Positions 27,711 to 40,998 are shown, counted from the first letter of the stretch. The stretch: DNA of 64,000 bases from Clostridiales bacterium (GCA_012799455.1 JAAZLE010000091.1:2422-66421), one strand, 5' to 3'. Program-made: numbers and translations. The notes: generated from the letters alone by a model not told the origin.

Positions 27711-28688
27711 ATGAAAGAAGATTATTTACAATTTGAAAAAGAGTTTTTATCTCCATATGCAATGCAAAGTGTTAATACATTAGGTAGAGCTGAAAAACAA
27801 GAGCCTTGTCCGTTAAGAACAGAGTTTCAAAGAGATAGAGATAGAATAATTCATAGTAAAGCATTTAGACGTTTAAAACATAAGACGCAAGTATTTATCA
27901 CACCAAGTGGTGACCATTACAGAACTCGACTGACACACACTCTTGAAGTAACGCAAATAGCTAGAACCATAAGTAGGTCCCTTAGACTAAATGAGGATTT
28001 AACTGAGGCTATTGCGTTAGGTCATGATTTAGGGCATACTCCGTTCGGGCATGCTGGTGAAAGGGTATTACAGCAAAAGGTTGGACATTTTGAACATAAT
28101 GAACAAAGTTTAAGAGTTGTAGAAGTTTTAGAAAACTTAAATTTAACGCATGAAGTTAAAGATGGGATATTAAATCATAGATCGAGTTTAACACCATGCA
28201 CTCTTGAAGGCATGGTAGTGAACATTTCTGATAAAATTGCATATTTAACCCACGATATTGAGGATGCAATTAGAGCAGGTGTGCTAGATGAAAATAAGCT
28301 GCCAGCAATTTTAGAAGAAATTATAGGAAAGGGGAAAGGTAATAAAATAAATAGATTAGTAAACGATATTATTACTAACTCATATGGTAAAAATTTCGTA
28401 TCTTTTTCAAATGATATGAATGAAGCGGTCCGAGAATTACGAAGCTTTATGTTTAAAGAGGTGTATTGTTCGGAAAAAGCCAAAAGAGAAGAAAAAAGAG
28501 CTGAGGGATTACTAAAGTCTTTGTTTGATTACTTGCAGAAAAACCCACATGAAATACCTGTTATTTACGGAACTTACTCAAAAGATCTAAATACGCAAAT
28601 AACTGACTATATAGCTAGCATGTCTGATACTTATGCTATAGCATTATTTGAGCATTACTTTATTCCTCGTAACAAGGATCTTTATTGA
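27711..28688 (+). CDS. dGTPase-like HD-domain triphosphohydrolase
   Basis: Hallmark FQRDRDRIIHSKAFRRLKHKTQVF, HD motifs RTRLTHTLEV and GHDLGHTPFGH. About 325 aa (short dGTPase-like form). Confidence 0.85.
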   Translation: MKEDYLQFEKEFLSPYAMQSVNTLGRAEKQEPCPLRTEFQRDRDRIIHSKAFRRLKHKTQVFITPSGDHYRTRLTHTLEVTQIARTISRSLRLNEDLTEAIALGHDLGHTPFGHAGERVLQQKVGHFEHNEQSLRVVEVLENLNLTHEVKDGILNHRSSLTPCTLEGMVVNISDKIAYLTHDIEDAIRAGVLDENKLPAILEEIIGKGKGNKINRLVNDIITNSYGKNFVSFSNDMNEAVRELRSFMFKEVYCSEKAKREEKRAEGLLKSLFDYLQKNPHEIPVIYGTYSKDLNTQITDYIASMSDTYAIALFEHYFIPRNKDLY

Positions 28689-28724
28689 TAGAATGTTTAA
28701 CAAGAAAAATAAGAGTTAAAACAA

Positions 28725-31013
28725 ATGAAAAAAGAATACAGAAATAGTGATATTTTTAATGGTTTAAATGAAAGTCAGATTGAGGCTGTCGAATGCACAG
28801 AAGGACCAGTCTTAGTTTTAGCAGGGGCAGGTTCAGGTAAAACCCGAGTGCTAACTCATAGAGTTGCTCATTTGGTTTTGAATAAAGGTGTATCTTCCGC
28901 CAGGATTTTAGCAATAACGTTTACTAATAAAGCTACCAATGAAATGCGAGAAAGATTAGATAACTTGCTTGGTGACAATCATATGGTTTGGATTTCTACC
29001 ATTCACTCTTTTTGTGTAAGTGTTTTACGTAGCCACATATCTAAACTAGATGGCTATGAGTTGAATTTCTCTATTTATGATGATAGTGATTCTCGAAAGG
29101 TCATAAAAAAAGTCATTAAAGAAATGGAGGAGGAGGGGAAATCGGTACTAACTGAAAGCGTTTGTAAAGATGCTATAAGTTATAATAAGCAGTTAGGACA
29201 TACCGCAGAAACATATGCCGCGACAGTGTTACCCGTTCAAAATGATATAATAGCGGAAGTTTTTTTAAGATATGAAAAAAAGATGAAAGAAAGTAATGCA
29301 TTAGACTTTGATGATCTTTTAGTATATACATATATAGTACTTGATACCTTTCCTAAGGTAGCTGCACATTATCAAGACCGCTTTCAATACATACATGTAG
29401 ATGAGTACCAAGATACAAACTTAATACAAAATAAAATAGTAGACATTCTTGCCGCTAAGTGGAGAAATCTGTTTGTAGTAGGAGATGATGATCAAAGTAT
29501 TTATGCTTTTAGAGGGGCGGATGTAACTAACATATTGGGATTTGATAAAAAATATAAAGACGCTACCGTAATAAAGTTAGAAAAAAACTATAGATCAACT
29601 CCGCAAATTTTAGCTATAGCAAATAATATAATTCAAAACAATGAGTTTAGACACGATAAAACATTGATTCCAGTGAAAGGTCCTGGGGTAAAAGTCGAGC
29701 ACATAATTTCACTTGATGATAGAAGGGAGGCTAGTACAATTGTATCTACCATCATGGCACTAAAGAGAAACTTTGGGCATCAAAATTCTGATTTTGCAAT
29801 TTTAACGCGCGAATCGGGCCTCATAAAGACAATAGAAATGGAAGTAAATGATGCAAGGCTAGATTATATTATTCTTGGCGGACTTAAACTTTTTGAAACG
29901 AAGGAAATTAAAGATGTATCGGCATTTTTAAGATTAATAGCTAATGAATATGATAGTGAAGCCTTTTTAAGAGTTATTAATCTCCCTGCTAGAGGCATAG
30001 GAAATAAAACGCAGGAGAAAATTATTGAGCATGCACGGATTAAAGGCATATCTCTATTAAAAGCCGTAGATGATATAGCACTAGGAAATGCAGTTGGTTT
30101 TGGTAAGGCTACAGGAATCAAAGAATTTGCAGAAATAATGCAAAAACTTTTGGGTTTAAAAGACAGTAAAGTGAGTGAGTTAATAACATCTATAATGGAA
30201 ACAGTTCCTTTGGCTGCAGAATATGAGGATAAAGACGGTGCCGTTGTATGTAGGGAGCGTTTAGATAATATTAATCATTATAAACGCATGGCAATTCAAG
30301 CGGAATATAAGAGCCCTAAGTTAACATTAATTGACTGGTTGCACAGCACAGTGCTTGCTACCGACCAAACGGTTGAACAAGATGACAGCGGAAAAGTTAC
30401 TATTGCAACTGTTCATGCAGTAAAGGGGCTCGAATATAAAAATGTGTTTATAATAGGATGTGAGGAAAATATATTTCCTTCAGCACAAGCACTAAGTGAC
30501 GATGATTTAGAAGAGGAAAGAAGGGTTATGTACGTAGCTGTTACAAGAGCTAAGGAGAGATTATACCTTTCATCAGTGCGAGGAAGGTTTAGATATGGCA
30601 CTGTTCAATATAATCCCATTTCAAGATTTATAATAGAATCAGGTGTAGGAGAAAAGCAAGAATCATTTAAAAACTTTGGTGCAAGTGGCAGGGAACAAAT
30701 GCTTGAAAAGGTTCAAAATTATTATAATCCAGACTATGTTGATCTTAGCGTTAGTCAGTTAAATGAAGTTAGTGAAAGGCAGATTAAAGCGGTGCAGGAA
30801 ATAAAAAAAGCTATTCATGCTGCTTCTGCTGAGGTGTTTAACGAGAGTACTTCGGGTTATGTAAAAGGGGCAAAGGTCATGCACAGACGATATGGAGAAG
30901 GAGTAATATTGTTTGTATCGGGCTCAGGCGTAGAGTTACAAGCAACTATTGACTTTCCAAATTTTGGGCAAAAGGTTTTTACAGTTAGAAATGCTCCGCT
31001 AAAGCTGATATAA
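28725..31013 (+). CDS. pcrA: ATP-dependent DNA helicase PcrA (UvrD family)
   Basis: LNESQ..AV, Walker A AGAGSGKT, ITFTNKA, DEYQDTN, GDDDQSIYAFRGA, YRST, VHAVKGLEYK, VAVTRAK. Followed by ligA as in many Firmicutes. Confidence 0.92.
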   Translation: MKKEYRNSDIFNGLNESQIEAVECTEGPVLVLAGAGSGKTRVLTHRVAHLVLNKGVSSARILAITFTNKATNEMRERLDNLLGDNHMVWISTIHSFCVSVLRSHISKLDGYELNFSIYDDSDSRKVIKKVIKEMEEEGKSVLTESVCKDAISYNKQLGHTAETYAATVLPVQNDIIAEVFLRYEKKMKESNALDFDDLLVYTYIVLDTFPKVAAHYQDRFQYIHVDEYQDTNLIQNKIVDILAAKWRNLFVVGDDDQSIYAFRGADVTNILGFDKKYKDATVIKLEKNYRSTPQILAIANNIIQNNEFRHDKTLIPVKGPGVKVEHIISLDDRREASTIVSTIMALKRNFGHQNSDFAILTRESGLIKTIEMEVNDARLDYIILGGLKLFETKEIKDVSAFLRLIANEYDSEAFLRVINLPARGIGNKTQEKIIEHARIKGISLLKAVDDIALGNAVGFGKATGIKEFAEIMQKLLGLKDSKVSELITSIMETVPLAAEYEDKDGAVVCRERLDNINHYKRMAIQAEYKSPKLTLIDWLHSTVLATDQTVEQDDSGKVTIATVHAVKGLEYKNVFIIGCEENIFPSAQALSDDDLEEERRVMYVAVTRAKERLYLSSVRGRFRYGTVQYNPISRFIIESGVGEKQESFKNFGASGREQMLEKVQNYYNPDYVDLSVSQLNEVSERQIKAVQEIKKAIHAASAEVFNESTSGYVKGAKVMHRRYGEGVILFVSGSGVELQATIDFPNFGQKVFTVRNAPLKLI

Positions 31014-31043
31014 AAACTTTTAAATGTGTTAAAATTAATATGA

Positions 31044-33152
<2,109 letters not shown>

Positions 33153-33220
33153 TGTGGATAACTTTTAAGTTTCGGGTTGCAAATCCTTTACACTTTATAT
33201 TTAAGTGTTAATATAAGGGT

Positions 33221-34189
33221 ATGAGATACGGTAAACTAACAAGCGATGAACTAAAATATAGCGTTTTAGATGTGGTTAAACGCAGGCGCAAAGAAGTAGT
33301 GTGTTCAGCAGCTTTAGGTGAAGATTGTGCCTCATTCAAATCTGAAAAATTAATATTAATATCGACAGATCCGATTACTGGAACAACAGTAGATATAGGG
33401 AGTTTATCCATTAAAGTGGCTAGTAACGATATCTATGCTGCAGGAGGAGAGCCACTTCTTGCAATGGTAACAGTGATTGCTCCCCCCGATGAAAGCATTG
33501 AATCGATAAGGGAAATTATGCTAGATGCTGAAAAGGAAGCTGGTAAGCATAATTTAGAAATAGTTGGTGGTCATACAGAATTTAGCGATGCAGTTAATAG
33601 AATTGTCGTCAGTGTTACGGTAGTTGGTTTAACGACAAACCATATACGAGCCACTTCTCCCAAAATAGGTGATCATATATTAGTTACAAAAAGTGTAGGA
33701 CTAGAAGGCTCTGTAATATTAGCGCATGGGCATGCGGGTAAATTAAGCCTTACCACAAAGGAAAGAGAGGAACTATCCTCATATTCAGAAAAAATAAGCA
33801 TTGCAAAAGAAGCGAAACTTCTCGCTACACTACCCGTTTCATCTATGCACGATATAACGGAAGGGGGCGTACTAGGAGCTGTTGCTGAGGTTTGCGAGGG
33901 CGCTGGTCTTGGGGCGAAAATATACATAGATCTGATACCAATAACGTCTCTTACTAAAAAAATATGTGATAAGTTGGGTGTTAATCCTTATGGGCTTATT
34001 TCAAGTGGAAGTATGTTGATTACTACCGCTAAGCCAGAAATAGTAAAGTCAAAATTAAAAGAGATAAATGTAGAAAGCACAGAAATTGGGATAATAACAG
34101 ATGGCGTTGCAGAAGCAATATATTCAGATGGGAGTGTTTTAAATATTAAAACAAAACCAGACCAGTTGTTTTCAAAAAGTATAAAATAA
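33221..34189 (+). CDS. AIR synthase-related (PurM/ThiL/HypE-like) protein
   Basis: PurM-superfamily pattern: N-terminal DCA...D..T motif region, GGHTE, and C-terminal MHDITEGGVLGA. About 322 aa. Specific function not assignable. Confidence 0.65.
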   Translation: MRYGKLTSDELKYSVLDVVKRRRKEVVCSAALGEDCASFKSEKLILISTDPITGTTVDIGSLSIKVASNDIYAAGGEPLLAMVTVIAPPDESIESIREIMLDAEKEAGKHNLEIVGGHTEFSDAVNRIVVSVTVVGLTTNHIRATSPKIGDHILVTKSVGLEGSVILAHGHAGKLSLTTKEREELSSYSEKISIAKEAKLLATLPVSSMHDITEGGVLGAVAEVCEGAGLGAKIYIDLIPITSLTKKICDKLGVNPYGLISSGSMLITTAKPEIVKSKLKEINVESTEIGIITDGVAEAIYSDGSVLNIKTKPDQLFSKSIK

Positions 34190-34212
34190 ATGAAGTGTTG
34201 CGAGGAATAAAA

Positions 34213-35100
34213 ATGTCTAAAAACAATATATACAGTATGACAGGTTACGGAAAAGGCACTGCGGAAATGGATGGCAGGAAGTTAACTATTGAACTTAAGT
34301 CTGTCAATCATCGTTTTTTAGATTTGTTTATGAGGTTTTCTAGACAGTTTAATTTTGCAGAAGATCAAGTCAGAAAACAGATTGGAGGAAAAATTAACCG
34401 TGGGCATATTGATGTTTTCTTACAGTATGAAGATTATAGAGAAAAAAGAAGTAGATTAGTCTTAGACACAGAGCTCCTTGAAAACTATCTTGAAAAAGCC
34501 AAGGAATTAAAATGGAAAGGGTGCATAGATAATTTTGGGAATGCAGAAATACTCGAAAATCATGATATTGTTAAAGTTGAGCCCATAGAAGATGATGAAA
34601 ATATTCTAAAAGAGCTCGTTAAAGTTGCGTGTGATGGTGCAATTTGCGAATTGTTGGCTATGAGAAAAACTGAAGGGGCTGAGCTAGTTAATGATATAGC
34701 CGAAAAAATTGCGAGTTTAGTCATTCATGTGGATGCGATAGCGAAAAGAAGCCCACAAATTATAGAAGAATATTGCGAAAAGCTAAAGTCCAGAGTTACT
34801 GAGATGTTAGAAGGAGTAGAAGTCGATGAGGCAAGAATAGCACAAGAAGTAGTCTTTTTTGTAGATAAAATCAATATTGATGAAGAAATTACTAGGCTAA
34901 GAAGTCACATTAAACACTACGAGGAACTATTATCTACCGGTGGAAATATTGGGAAAAACCTTGATTTTTTAACACAGGAATTGCTAAGAGAAACTAATAC
35001 AATAGGTAGTAAAATAAACGATTCGATTGCCATAAAACATGTGTTAAAAATGAAAACTATAATAGAAATGATAAGAGAACAAGTACAAAATATAGAGTAG
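34213..35100 (+). CDS. yicC: YicC/YloC family stress-induced protein
   Basis: SMTGYG start, ELKSVNHRFLD motif and C-terminal EITRL..H / GKNLDFL.QEL.RE.NTIGSK motifs. Conserved position upstream of gmk. ATG 34213 has a GAGGAA SD. Confidence 0.88.
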   Translation: MSKNNIYSMTGYGKGTAEMDGRKLTIELKSVNHRFLDLFMRFSRQFNFAEDQVRKQIGGKINRGHIDVFLQYEDYREKRSRLVLDTELLENYLEKAKELKWKGCIDNFGNAEILENHDIVKVEPIEDDENILKELVKVACDGAICELLAMRKTEGAELVNDIAEKIASLVIHVDAIAKRSPQIIEEYCEKLKSRVTEMLEGVEVDEARIAQEVVFFVDKINIDEEITRLRSHIKHYEELLSTGGNIGKNLDFLTQELLRETNTIGSKINDSIAIKHVLKMKTIIEMIREQVQNIE

Positions 35101-35136
35101 AAAAACTATAGAAATAATGTAGGAGTTTATTAATCT

Positions 35137-35766
35137 ATGAGAAAAGGGATGTTATTTGTTTTAACTGGCCCATCAGGTGCGGGAAAAGGTACTGTATTGA
35201 CAAGAGTTATTACAACGCTGTCAGGTCTTGCATATTCTGTTTCTGTAACGACAAGAAAACCACGTACGGGGGAGCTTGACGGTATTCATTATTATTTCAA
35301 AACAGAAAAAGAGTTTGATGAGATGCAAGAACGGGGTGAGTTTTTAGAAAGTGTCTGTAAGTTTAAACACAAATATGGGACACCTAAAAGCAAAGTAAAA
35401 GAACAATTAGAAAAGGGAATAGATGTAATTTTAGAAATTGAAACTAAAGGCGCTACAAAAATAAGAGAAGAGTTTCCAGAAGCAATATTTATATTTATTA
35501 CACCATCTTCGTATAATGAGCTCGCAAGAAGACTGAGAAATAGGGGCACAGAGGAAGAAGAGATGGTTAAGATGCGACTTAAGATAGCACGTACAGAATA
35601 TAGAAGTATAGGGCAATATGACTATATAGCTATAAATGATGATTTAGATAGTTGTGTTGATACAGTTATTGCGATTATTAAGGCTGAAAGAGCTAGAAAG
35701 ATAAACTATGAAGATTTGGTTAAAAAACTAGCTTCATTATATAGAACACATAAAAACGAAGAATAA
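35137..35766 (+). CDS. gmk: Guanylate kinase
   Basis: P-loop GPSGAGKGT, SVSVTTRKPR.GE..G..YYF motif. Confidence 0.95.
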   Translation: MRKGMLFVLTGPSGAGKGTVLTRVITTLSGLAYSVSVTTRKPRTGELDGIHYYFKTEKEFDEMQERGEFLESVCKFKHKYGTPKSKVKEQLEKGIDVILEIETKGATKIREEFPEAIFIFITPSSYNELARRLRNRGTEEEEMVKMRLKIARTEYRSIGQYDYIAINDDLDSCVDTVIAIIKAERARKINYEDLVKKLASLYRTHKNEE

Positions 35767-35788
35767 TTTAAAAAGGAGGACACATATT

Positions 35789-35986
35789 ATGATAGACCCA
35801 CCAATTGATAAGCTTATTAAAAAGGCACCTTGCAGATATGCTTTAGTAGTAGGATTAGCGAAGAGAACAAGAGATCTTTTACAGGTAGAAAAAGAAAACA
35901 AGTTGCTTGAAAATTCTAATTTAAAAGCTGTTTCATATGCTGCAAAAGAAGTGTATGAAGGTGATGTAATTATTATTACAGAATAG
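35789..35986 (+). CDS. rpoZ: DNA-directed RNA polymerase subunit omega
   Basis: 65 aa, PPIDKL....CRYALVVGLAKRTRDL pattern. Conserved gmk-rpoZ-coaBC order. Strong SD AAGGAGG. Confidence 0.85.
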   Translation: MIDPPIDKLIKKAPCRYALVVGLAKRTRDLLQVEKENKLLENSNLKAVSYAAKEVYEGDVIIITE

Positions 35987-36097
35987 TTTTTTAAAAAAGT
36001 TTTTGTAGTATGAACCTTAAAAAAATTAGGTTATTTAATGCTATAGGATTTTGCATTTAATAATAGTGTAGATGCTAATACATAAGAGGTTTTTGTT

Positions 36098-37276
36098 ATG
36101 AAAAAAACAGTTATTTTAGGTGTTACTGGGTGCATAGCAGCATATAAGTCATGTGAGATTGTCTCTAGGTTTATTAAGCTTGGCTATGATGTTAGGGTAA
36201 TAATGACGGTTAACGCCACTGAGTTTGTGAGCAAACTATCGTTTGAAACATTGTCAAATAATAGAGTGGTAGTTGAAACTTTTGACCCGAATAGAGAGTT
36301 TGAAACCGAGCATATTAGTTACGCTAAGCTAGCCTCAGCTTTTGTTATTGCACCGGCGACAGCAAATGTTATTGGGAAAATTGCAAACGGAATTGCTGAT
36401 GATATGTTGACAACAACCGTCATGGCAACACAAGCCCCAGTTTTTATTTGCCCTGCAATGAATACTAATATGTATAATAACCCTACCGTAACTAAAAACA
36501 TAGAAACACTAAAAGAAAAAGGCTATATAATTATAGACTCTACCGAGGGAAGGCTGGCATGTGGAGATATAGGAAAAGGGAAAATGGCAGAGCCTGTTGA
36601 TATAGTTGAAATGATAGATAAGCTTCTTACTCCGAAGCCTGATTTCAGGGGGAAAACGGTACTTATAACTGCAGGTGCTACTATTGAGCCTATAGATGCA
36701 GTTAGATATATAACAAATCATTCCTCGGGCAAGATGGGTGTTGCTTTGGCTGAAGCCGTTTTGGATAGGGGCGGAAATGTTATATTAGTAGCTGGAAATA
36801 CAAGCGTTCCTTTACCAAAGGGTGTGACGGTTGTCAAGGTTAAAACAACACGTGATATGTTGGAAGCAGTGACTGAAAAATTAAATGACAGTGACGTCAT
36901 TATTAAATGCGCAGCTCCAGCTGACTATAGACCAAAAGAGGTCGCAGCTCAGAAAATTAAATCAGAAGTTTTAAATCTTGAGCTAGTAAAAAATCCAGAC
37001 ATTGCAAAAGCAGTTGGTAATGTAAAGGGAGATAAAAAACTAGTCATTTTTGCAGCAGAAACTAATGATTTAATTGAAAATGCCAGTGGCAAACTGATGA
37101 ATAAAGGAGCAGATATTGTTGTAGCAAATGATGTTACAAAGGAAGGGGCAGGTTTTGGCACTGATACTAATATTGCAACAATTATCAGAAAGGATGGAGT
37201 TATAAAGCCACTTGAAAAAATGCCAAAAAGGGAGTTGGCAGACGTAATTTTAGATAATATTTTAGAACTTGAATGA
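36098..37276 (+). CDS. coaBC: Bifunctional phosphopantothenoylcysteine decarboxylase / phosphopantothenate-cysteine ligase
   Basis: Flavoprotein N-domain (LGVTGCIAAYK, PAMNTNMY), CoaB C-domain (ITNHSSGKMG, AAPADYRP, ANDV). 392 aa. Confidence 0.95.
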   Translation: MKKTVILGVTGCIAAYKSCEIVSRFIKLGYDVRVIMTVNATEFVSKLSFETLSNNRVVVETFDPNREFETEHISYAKLASAFVIAPATANVIGKIANGIADDMLTTTVMATQAPVFICPAMNTNMYNNPTVTKNIETLKEKGYIIIDSTEGRLACGDIGKGKMAEPVDIVEMIDKLLTPKPDFRGKTVLITAGATIEPIDAVRYITNHSSGKMGVALAEAVLDRGGNVILVAGNTSVPLPKGVTVVKVKTTRDMLEAVTEKLNDSDVIIKCAAPADYRPKEVAAQKIKSEVLNLELVKNPDIAKAVGNVKGDKKLVIFAAETNDLIENASGKLMNKGADIVVANDVTKEGAGFGTDTNIATIIRKDGVIKPLEKMPKRELADVILDNILELE

Positions 37277-39459
37277 TTTATAAAGTAATTGTAGATATAA
37301 GTAATTCTGAAGTAGATCGGGTTTTTGACTATCGATCTAATTTCCCTCTATCTCCTGGAGATAGGGTTTTAGTGCCGTTTGGAAAAAGAAAGATTGAAGG
37401 CTATGTGATAGATACGGCAGAAACACCATCTGGTGATTTTGAGCTGAAGAACGTAATAGAAAAGCTTGATGATTTTACCGCTGTTACTGAAGAGATGTTA
37501 GCCCTTGCAAACTACATGAAAACTATGAATTTAAGGCATGTAGATTGTCTTAGGTTGTTTATGCCATCCTCATTGAGAAAAGGAAAGGCTAAGCTATTTA
37601 AGAGAAAATACATTAAGTTTAATTTTGAGGAGTTTGATATTGAAAAAGCTCTCGCTAGCATTCAGAAAAACGCAACAAGCCAGCATAAGATAATCGAGCG
37701 ATTGGTAAAAACAGAAATTGAACAAGAAAGTGATTTGAACAGGATGTTTGCAAGCTCCACAATTAAAACACTAATTGAAAAAAATATATTAATAAGGGTT
37801 GAGGAACAGGAATACAGAACTCCTAAATGTTTCGATATCGAAGATAAAGACATTAAATTAACACAGGATCAGAAAGATGCCATTAATTGTATTATGGGTC
37901 CTAAAAATGCATTTTTAGTACACGGTGTCACAGGAAGTGGGAAGACTGAGGTTTATATGAGGGTCATTGAGGAGGTGCTAAAAAAGGGTCAAAATGCGAT
38001 TATGTTGGTACCTGAAATTTCTTTGACTCCCCAAATGCTTGGCGTGTTCAGAGCTAGGTTTGGGGATCTTGTGAGTCTTCAGCACAGCGGATTAACTGTG
38101 GGTGAAAGATATGATGAATGGTATAAATTACGTGTAGGTTTTTCTAAAATTGCTCTTGGTCCAAGAAGCGCAATTTTCGCTCCGCTTGAAAATGTTGGCG
38201 CTATTATCATAGATGAAGAACACGATGGAAGTTATGTATCAGATAGTAATCCTAGGTATCAGACAATTGATATAGCTAAATTTAGAGCAAACTACAATAA
38301 TGCAAAACTTATACTTGGAAGTGCTACTCCATCAGTTGAAACATATTATAGTGCACTAGAAGGGCAGTATGAAATAATAACTTTAGATAAAAGAATTAAT
38401 CAAAAGAGCCTTCCTGAAATTGAAATGATCGATATGAAAAGAGAGATGAAAGCTGGTAACACTAGCTTTTTTAGTGCAAAATTACTCACAGCATTAGAAG
38501 AAACTCTCAAAGAAGGTGAGCAGGCGATGATTTTTTTAAATCGCAGAGGCTATTCTTCTTTCATTAGATGCTCCGAGTGTGGTTTTACACCTAAGTGTCC
38601 CAGTTGTGATGTAGCTTTATATCATCATACCGAAGATAATTCTTTAAGATGTCACTATTGTGGCAATAAATATAAAAGCATTTCTGTCTGCCCGATTTGT
38701 GGAAATAAACACTTAAGAGAAGGAAGAATTGGAACACAGAAAGTTGTGAAGGAATTAGAAAGAATATTTAGCGATAAAAAAATTATCCGCATGGATTTAG
38801 ACAGTACATCAACAAAAGACAGTTACGTTAACATTCTTAACATGTTTAATAATGGTGAAGCAGATATTTTAGTTGGTACGCAAATGATTGCAAAAGGTCA
38901 TGATTTTAAAAATGTAACGTTAGTAGGCATACTTGATGCAGATATTTCAATATATGTACAAGATTTTAGGGCAAATGAACGAACATATCAGCTTATTACT
39001 CAAGTTGCAGGCAGGGCAGGACGAGATGTTAAACCCGGAAGAGTATTGCTGCAAACATATGTTCCCAATTATCCGGTATACGGATTTATCAGAAATTATG
39101 ACTATGAGTCTTTTTATACAAACGAAATTAGAAGACGAGAAGGTGCAAAATTTCCTCCCTTTTCAACCATCGTTAGGTTGTTAGTACAATCGGATGATGA
39201 GCAAATTGCAGATGGGGCAAATACGAAATTAGCAAGTCAAATAAGGAAGGCATTAGAGAGTCAGGTGGGAATTATAAGGATACAAGAAATGCGAGCGCAG
39301 ATGAGAAAAAGAGCTGATATGTATAGGTTCCAAGTTGTTGTTTGGATAGACAGACCAGCATCGACTCAGGCGGTAGAAAAAATATATGAAGTAGTTAATA
39401 ATTTTAATGAGAAAAAGGTAACGGTATTTACTGAGATTAATCCATTACAAATGTCTTAA
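37273..39459 (+). CDS. priA: Primosomal replication-restart helicase PriA
   Basis: Walker A GVTGSGKTEVY, DEEHD, Cys-rich zinc insertion (CSECGF..CPSCD....H....L.CHYCG....CP.CG), GTQMIAKGHDF. ATGA overlap with coaBC. Confidence 0.95.
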   Translation: MIYKVIVDISNSEVDRVFDYRSNFPLSPGDRVLVPFGKRKIEGYVIDTAETPSGDFELKNVIEKLDDFTAVTEEMLALANYMKTMNLRHVDCLRLFMPSSLRKGKAKLFKRKYIKFNFEEFDIEKALASIQKNATSQHKIIERLVKTEIEQESDLNRMFASSTIKTLIEKNILIRVEEQEYRTPKCFDIEDKDIKLTQDQKDAINCIMGPKNAFLVHGVTGSGKTEVYMRVIEEVLKKGQNAIMLVPEISLTPQMLGVFRARFGDLVSLQHSGLTVGERYDEWYKLRVGFSKIALGPRSAIFAPLENVGAIIIDEEHDGSYVSDSNPRYQTIDIAKFRANYNNAKLILGSATPSVETYYSALEGQYEIITLDKRINQKSLPEIEMIDMKREMKAGNTSFFSAKLLTALEETLKEGEQAMIFLNRRGYSSFIRCSECGFTPKCPSCDVALYHHTEDNSLRCHYCGNKYKSISVCPICGNKHLREGRIGTQKVVKELERIFSDKKIIRMDLDSTSTKDSYVNILNMFNNGEADILVGTQMIAKGHDFKNVTLVGILDADISIYVQDFRANERTYQLITQVAGRAGRDVKPGRVLLQTYVPNYPVYGFIRNYDYESFYTNEIRRREGAKFPPFSTIVRLLVQSDDEQIADGANTKLASQIRKALESQVGIIRIQEMRAQMRKRADMYRFQVVVWIDRPASTQAVEKIYEVVNNFNEKKVTVFTEINPLQMS

Positions 39460-39546
39460 TGCAAAAGTTATACACTTTGATGATGGAATTTGAACTGTAG
39501 GTATCTAAACTATATTGTGATATGTAAAAAGAGGAAAGGAGAGATA

Positions 39547-40032
39547 ATGGCTATTAGGAATATTTTTAAAGATGGAGAGCCTGTTTTAAGAAGGCGAGCA
39601 AGAGAGGTTAATGATTTTGATACAAGACTTTCGGAGTTGTTAGACGATATGAAAGAGACGCTAGAACTTGCAGATGGCGTAGGGTTAGCAGCTCCACAGG
39701 TAGGGATATCTAAACGTGTTATAATTGTTGACACTCCAGATGACGGCTATTTTGAATTTATTAATCCTGAAATAGTTTATGCTAAAGGCAAGCAAGTTAT
39801 GCCTGAGGGATGTCTTTCTGTTAATAAAGAGGAAAATTGTTACGTGCAAAGACCTATGACAGTTAAAGTTAGTGGTTTTGATAGAAAAGGAACGCCTATT
39901 ACGGTCACTGCAAAAGGGTTGACTGCACGAGCGTTTTGTCATGAAATTGACCATTTAAATGGCATTTTGTTTTACGATAAAAAAGTAGATCCGCCTAAAA
40001 GTGAGTCAAAAAATAACGATTTAGATAATTAA
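39547..40032 (+). CDS. def: Peptide deformylase
   Basis: The GVGLAAPQVG, EGCLS and HEIDHLNG motifs are all present. ATG 39547 has an AAAGGAGAG SD. The upstream extension in the ORF track lacks support. Confidence 0.95.
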   Translation: MAIRNIFKDGEPVLRRRAREVNDFDTRLSELLDDMKETLELADGVGLAAPQVGISKRVIIVDTPDDGYFEFINPEIVYAKGKQVMPEGCLSVNKEENCYVQRPMTVKVSGFDRKGTPITVTAKGLTARAFCHEIDHLNGILFYDKKVDPPKSESKNNDLDN

Positions 40033-40068
40033 AGACTTGCTTAGTTTTTATCTAAGGTAGGAGTTAAG

Positions 40069-40998
40069 ATGAAAGTATTATTTATGGGCACACCGGAGTT
40101 TGCTATCCCTTCGTTAAAGGCCATACTATCTTCTAATCATGAGTTAGTAGGAGTTGTAACTCAGCCTGATAGGCTAGGTGCAAGAGGGAAGAAGATAATA
40201 TACTCCCCAGTTAAAACATTTGCGTTAGAAAATAACATTAAATTATTTCAGTTTGAAAAGATAAATGCAGAAGTAGATGTAATAAGGGAATTGAATGCGG
40301 ATATAGGAGTTACTGCAGCTTATGGACAAATACTATCTACTGCGTTAATTGATTCTTTTGAAAATGGAATTATAAACATTCATGCATCTATACTCCCTAA
40401 ATATAGGGGCGCATCTCCAGTTCAATGTGCGCTTTTAAACGGGGAAAAAGAGCTCGGTGTATCGATAATGCAAACGGTCAAAGAAGTTGATGCTGGCGAT
40501 GTTTGGGCTATTTCTAAATACAATCCCGATCCGCTCGCTAACGCATCAGAATGTTTAGATGAACTAGCTTTATTAGGCGGAGAATTGCTTGTAAAAGTAT
40601 TAAATGAGATTGAATCTGGTAATAAAAGACCAGTAAAGCAAGATGCAACCAAGGCAACATTTTGTAAAAAAATAGAAAAAGAAGATGGTTTTATTGATTT
40701 TAATGAAAAAGCACAAAATATAGTTAATAAAATCAGGGCATATACGCCTTGGCCATCTGTGTATTTTAATTCAAGATATGGTCGCATTAAACTTTTAAAG
40801 GCAAAAGTTGCGGATATAGAAGGTGCCGGGCACTCGCCCGGTCAAGTGTTAGAAGCTACAAAAAAAGGACTAATAGTTGCATGCCTAAATGGTGCTATAG
40901 AAGTTTTATTTATGCAAGGTGAAAATGCAAGACCCATGAAGGCAACTGATTTTTTATTAGGCAAACCGTTTGAAAAAGGTGAGATTATAAATAACTAA
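40069..40998 (+). CDS. fmt: Methionyl-tRNA formyltransferase
   Basis: MKVLFMGTPEFA, VVTQPD, NIHASILPKYRGASP motifs. def-fmt order. Confidence 0.95.
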   Translation: MKVLFMGTPEFAIPSLKAILSSNHELVGVVTQPDRLGARGKKIIYSPVKTFALENNIKLFQFEKINAEVDVIRELNADIGVTAAYGQILSTALIDSFENGIINIHASILPKYRGASPVQCALLNGEKELGVSIMQTVKEVDAGDVWAISKYNPDPLANASECLDELALLGGELLVKVLNEIESGNKRPVKQDATKATFCKKIEKEDGFIDFNEKAQNIVNKIRAYTPWPSVYFNSRYGRIKLLKAKVADIEGAGHSPGQVLEATKKGLIVACLNGAIEVLFMQGENARPMKATDFLLGKPFEKGEIINN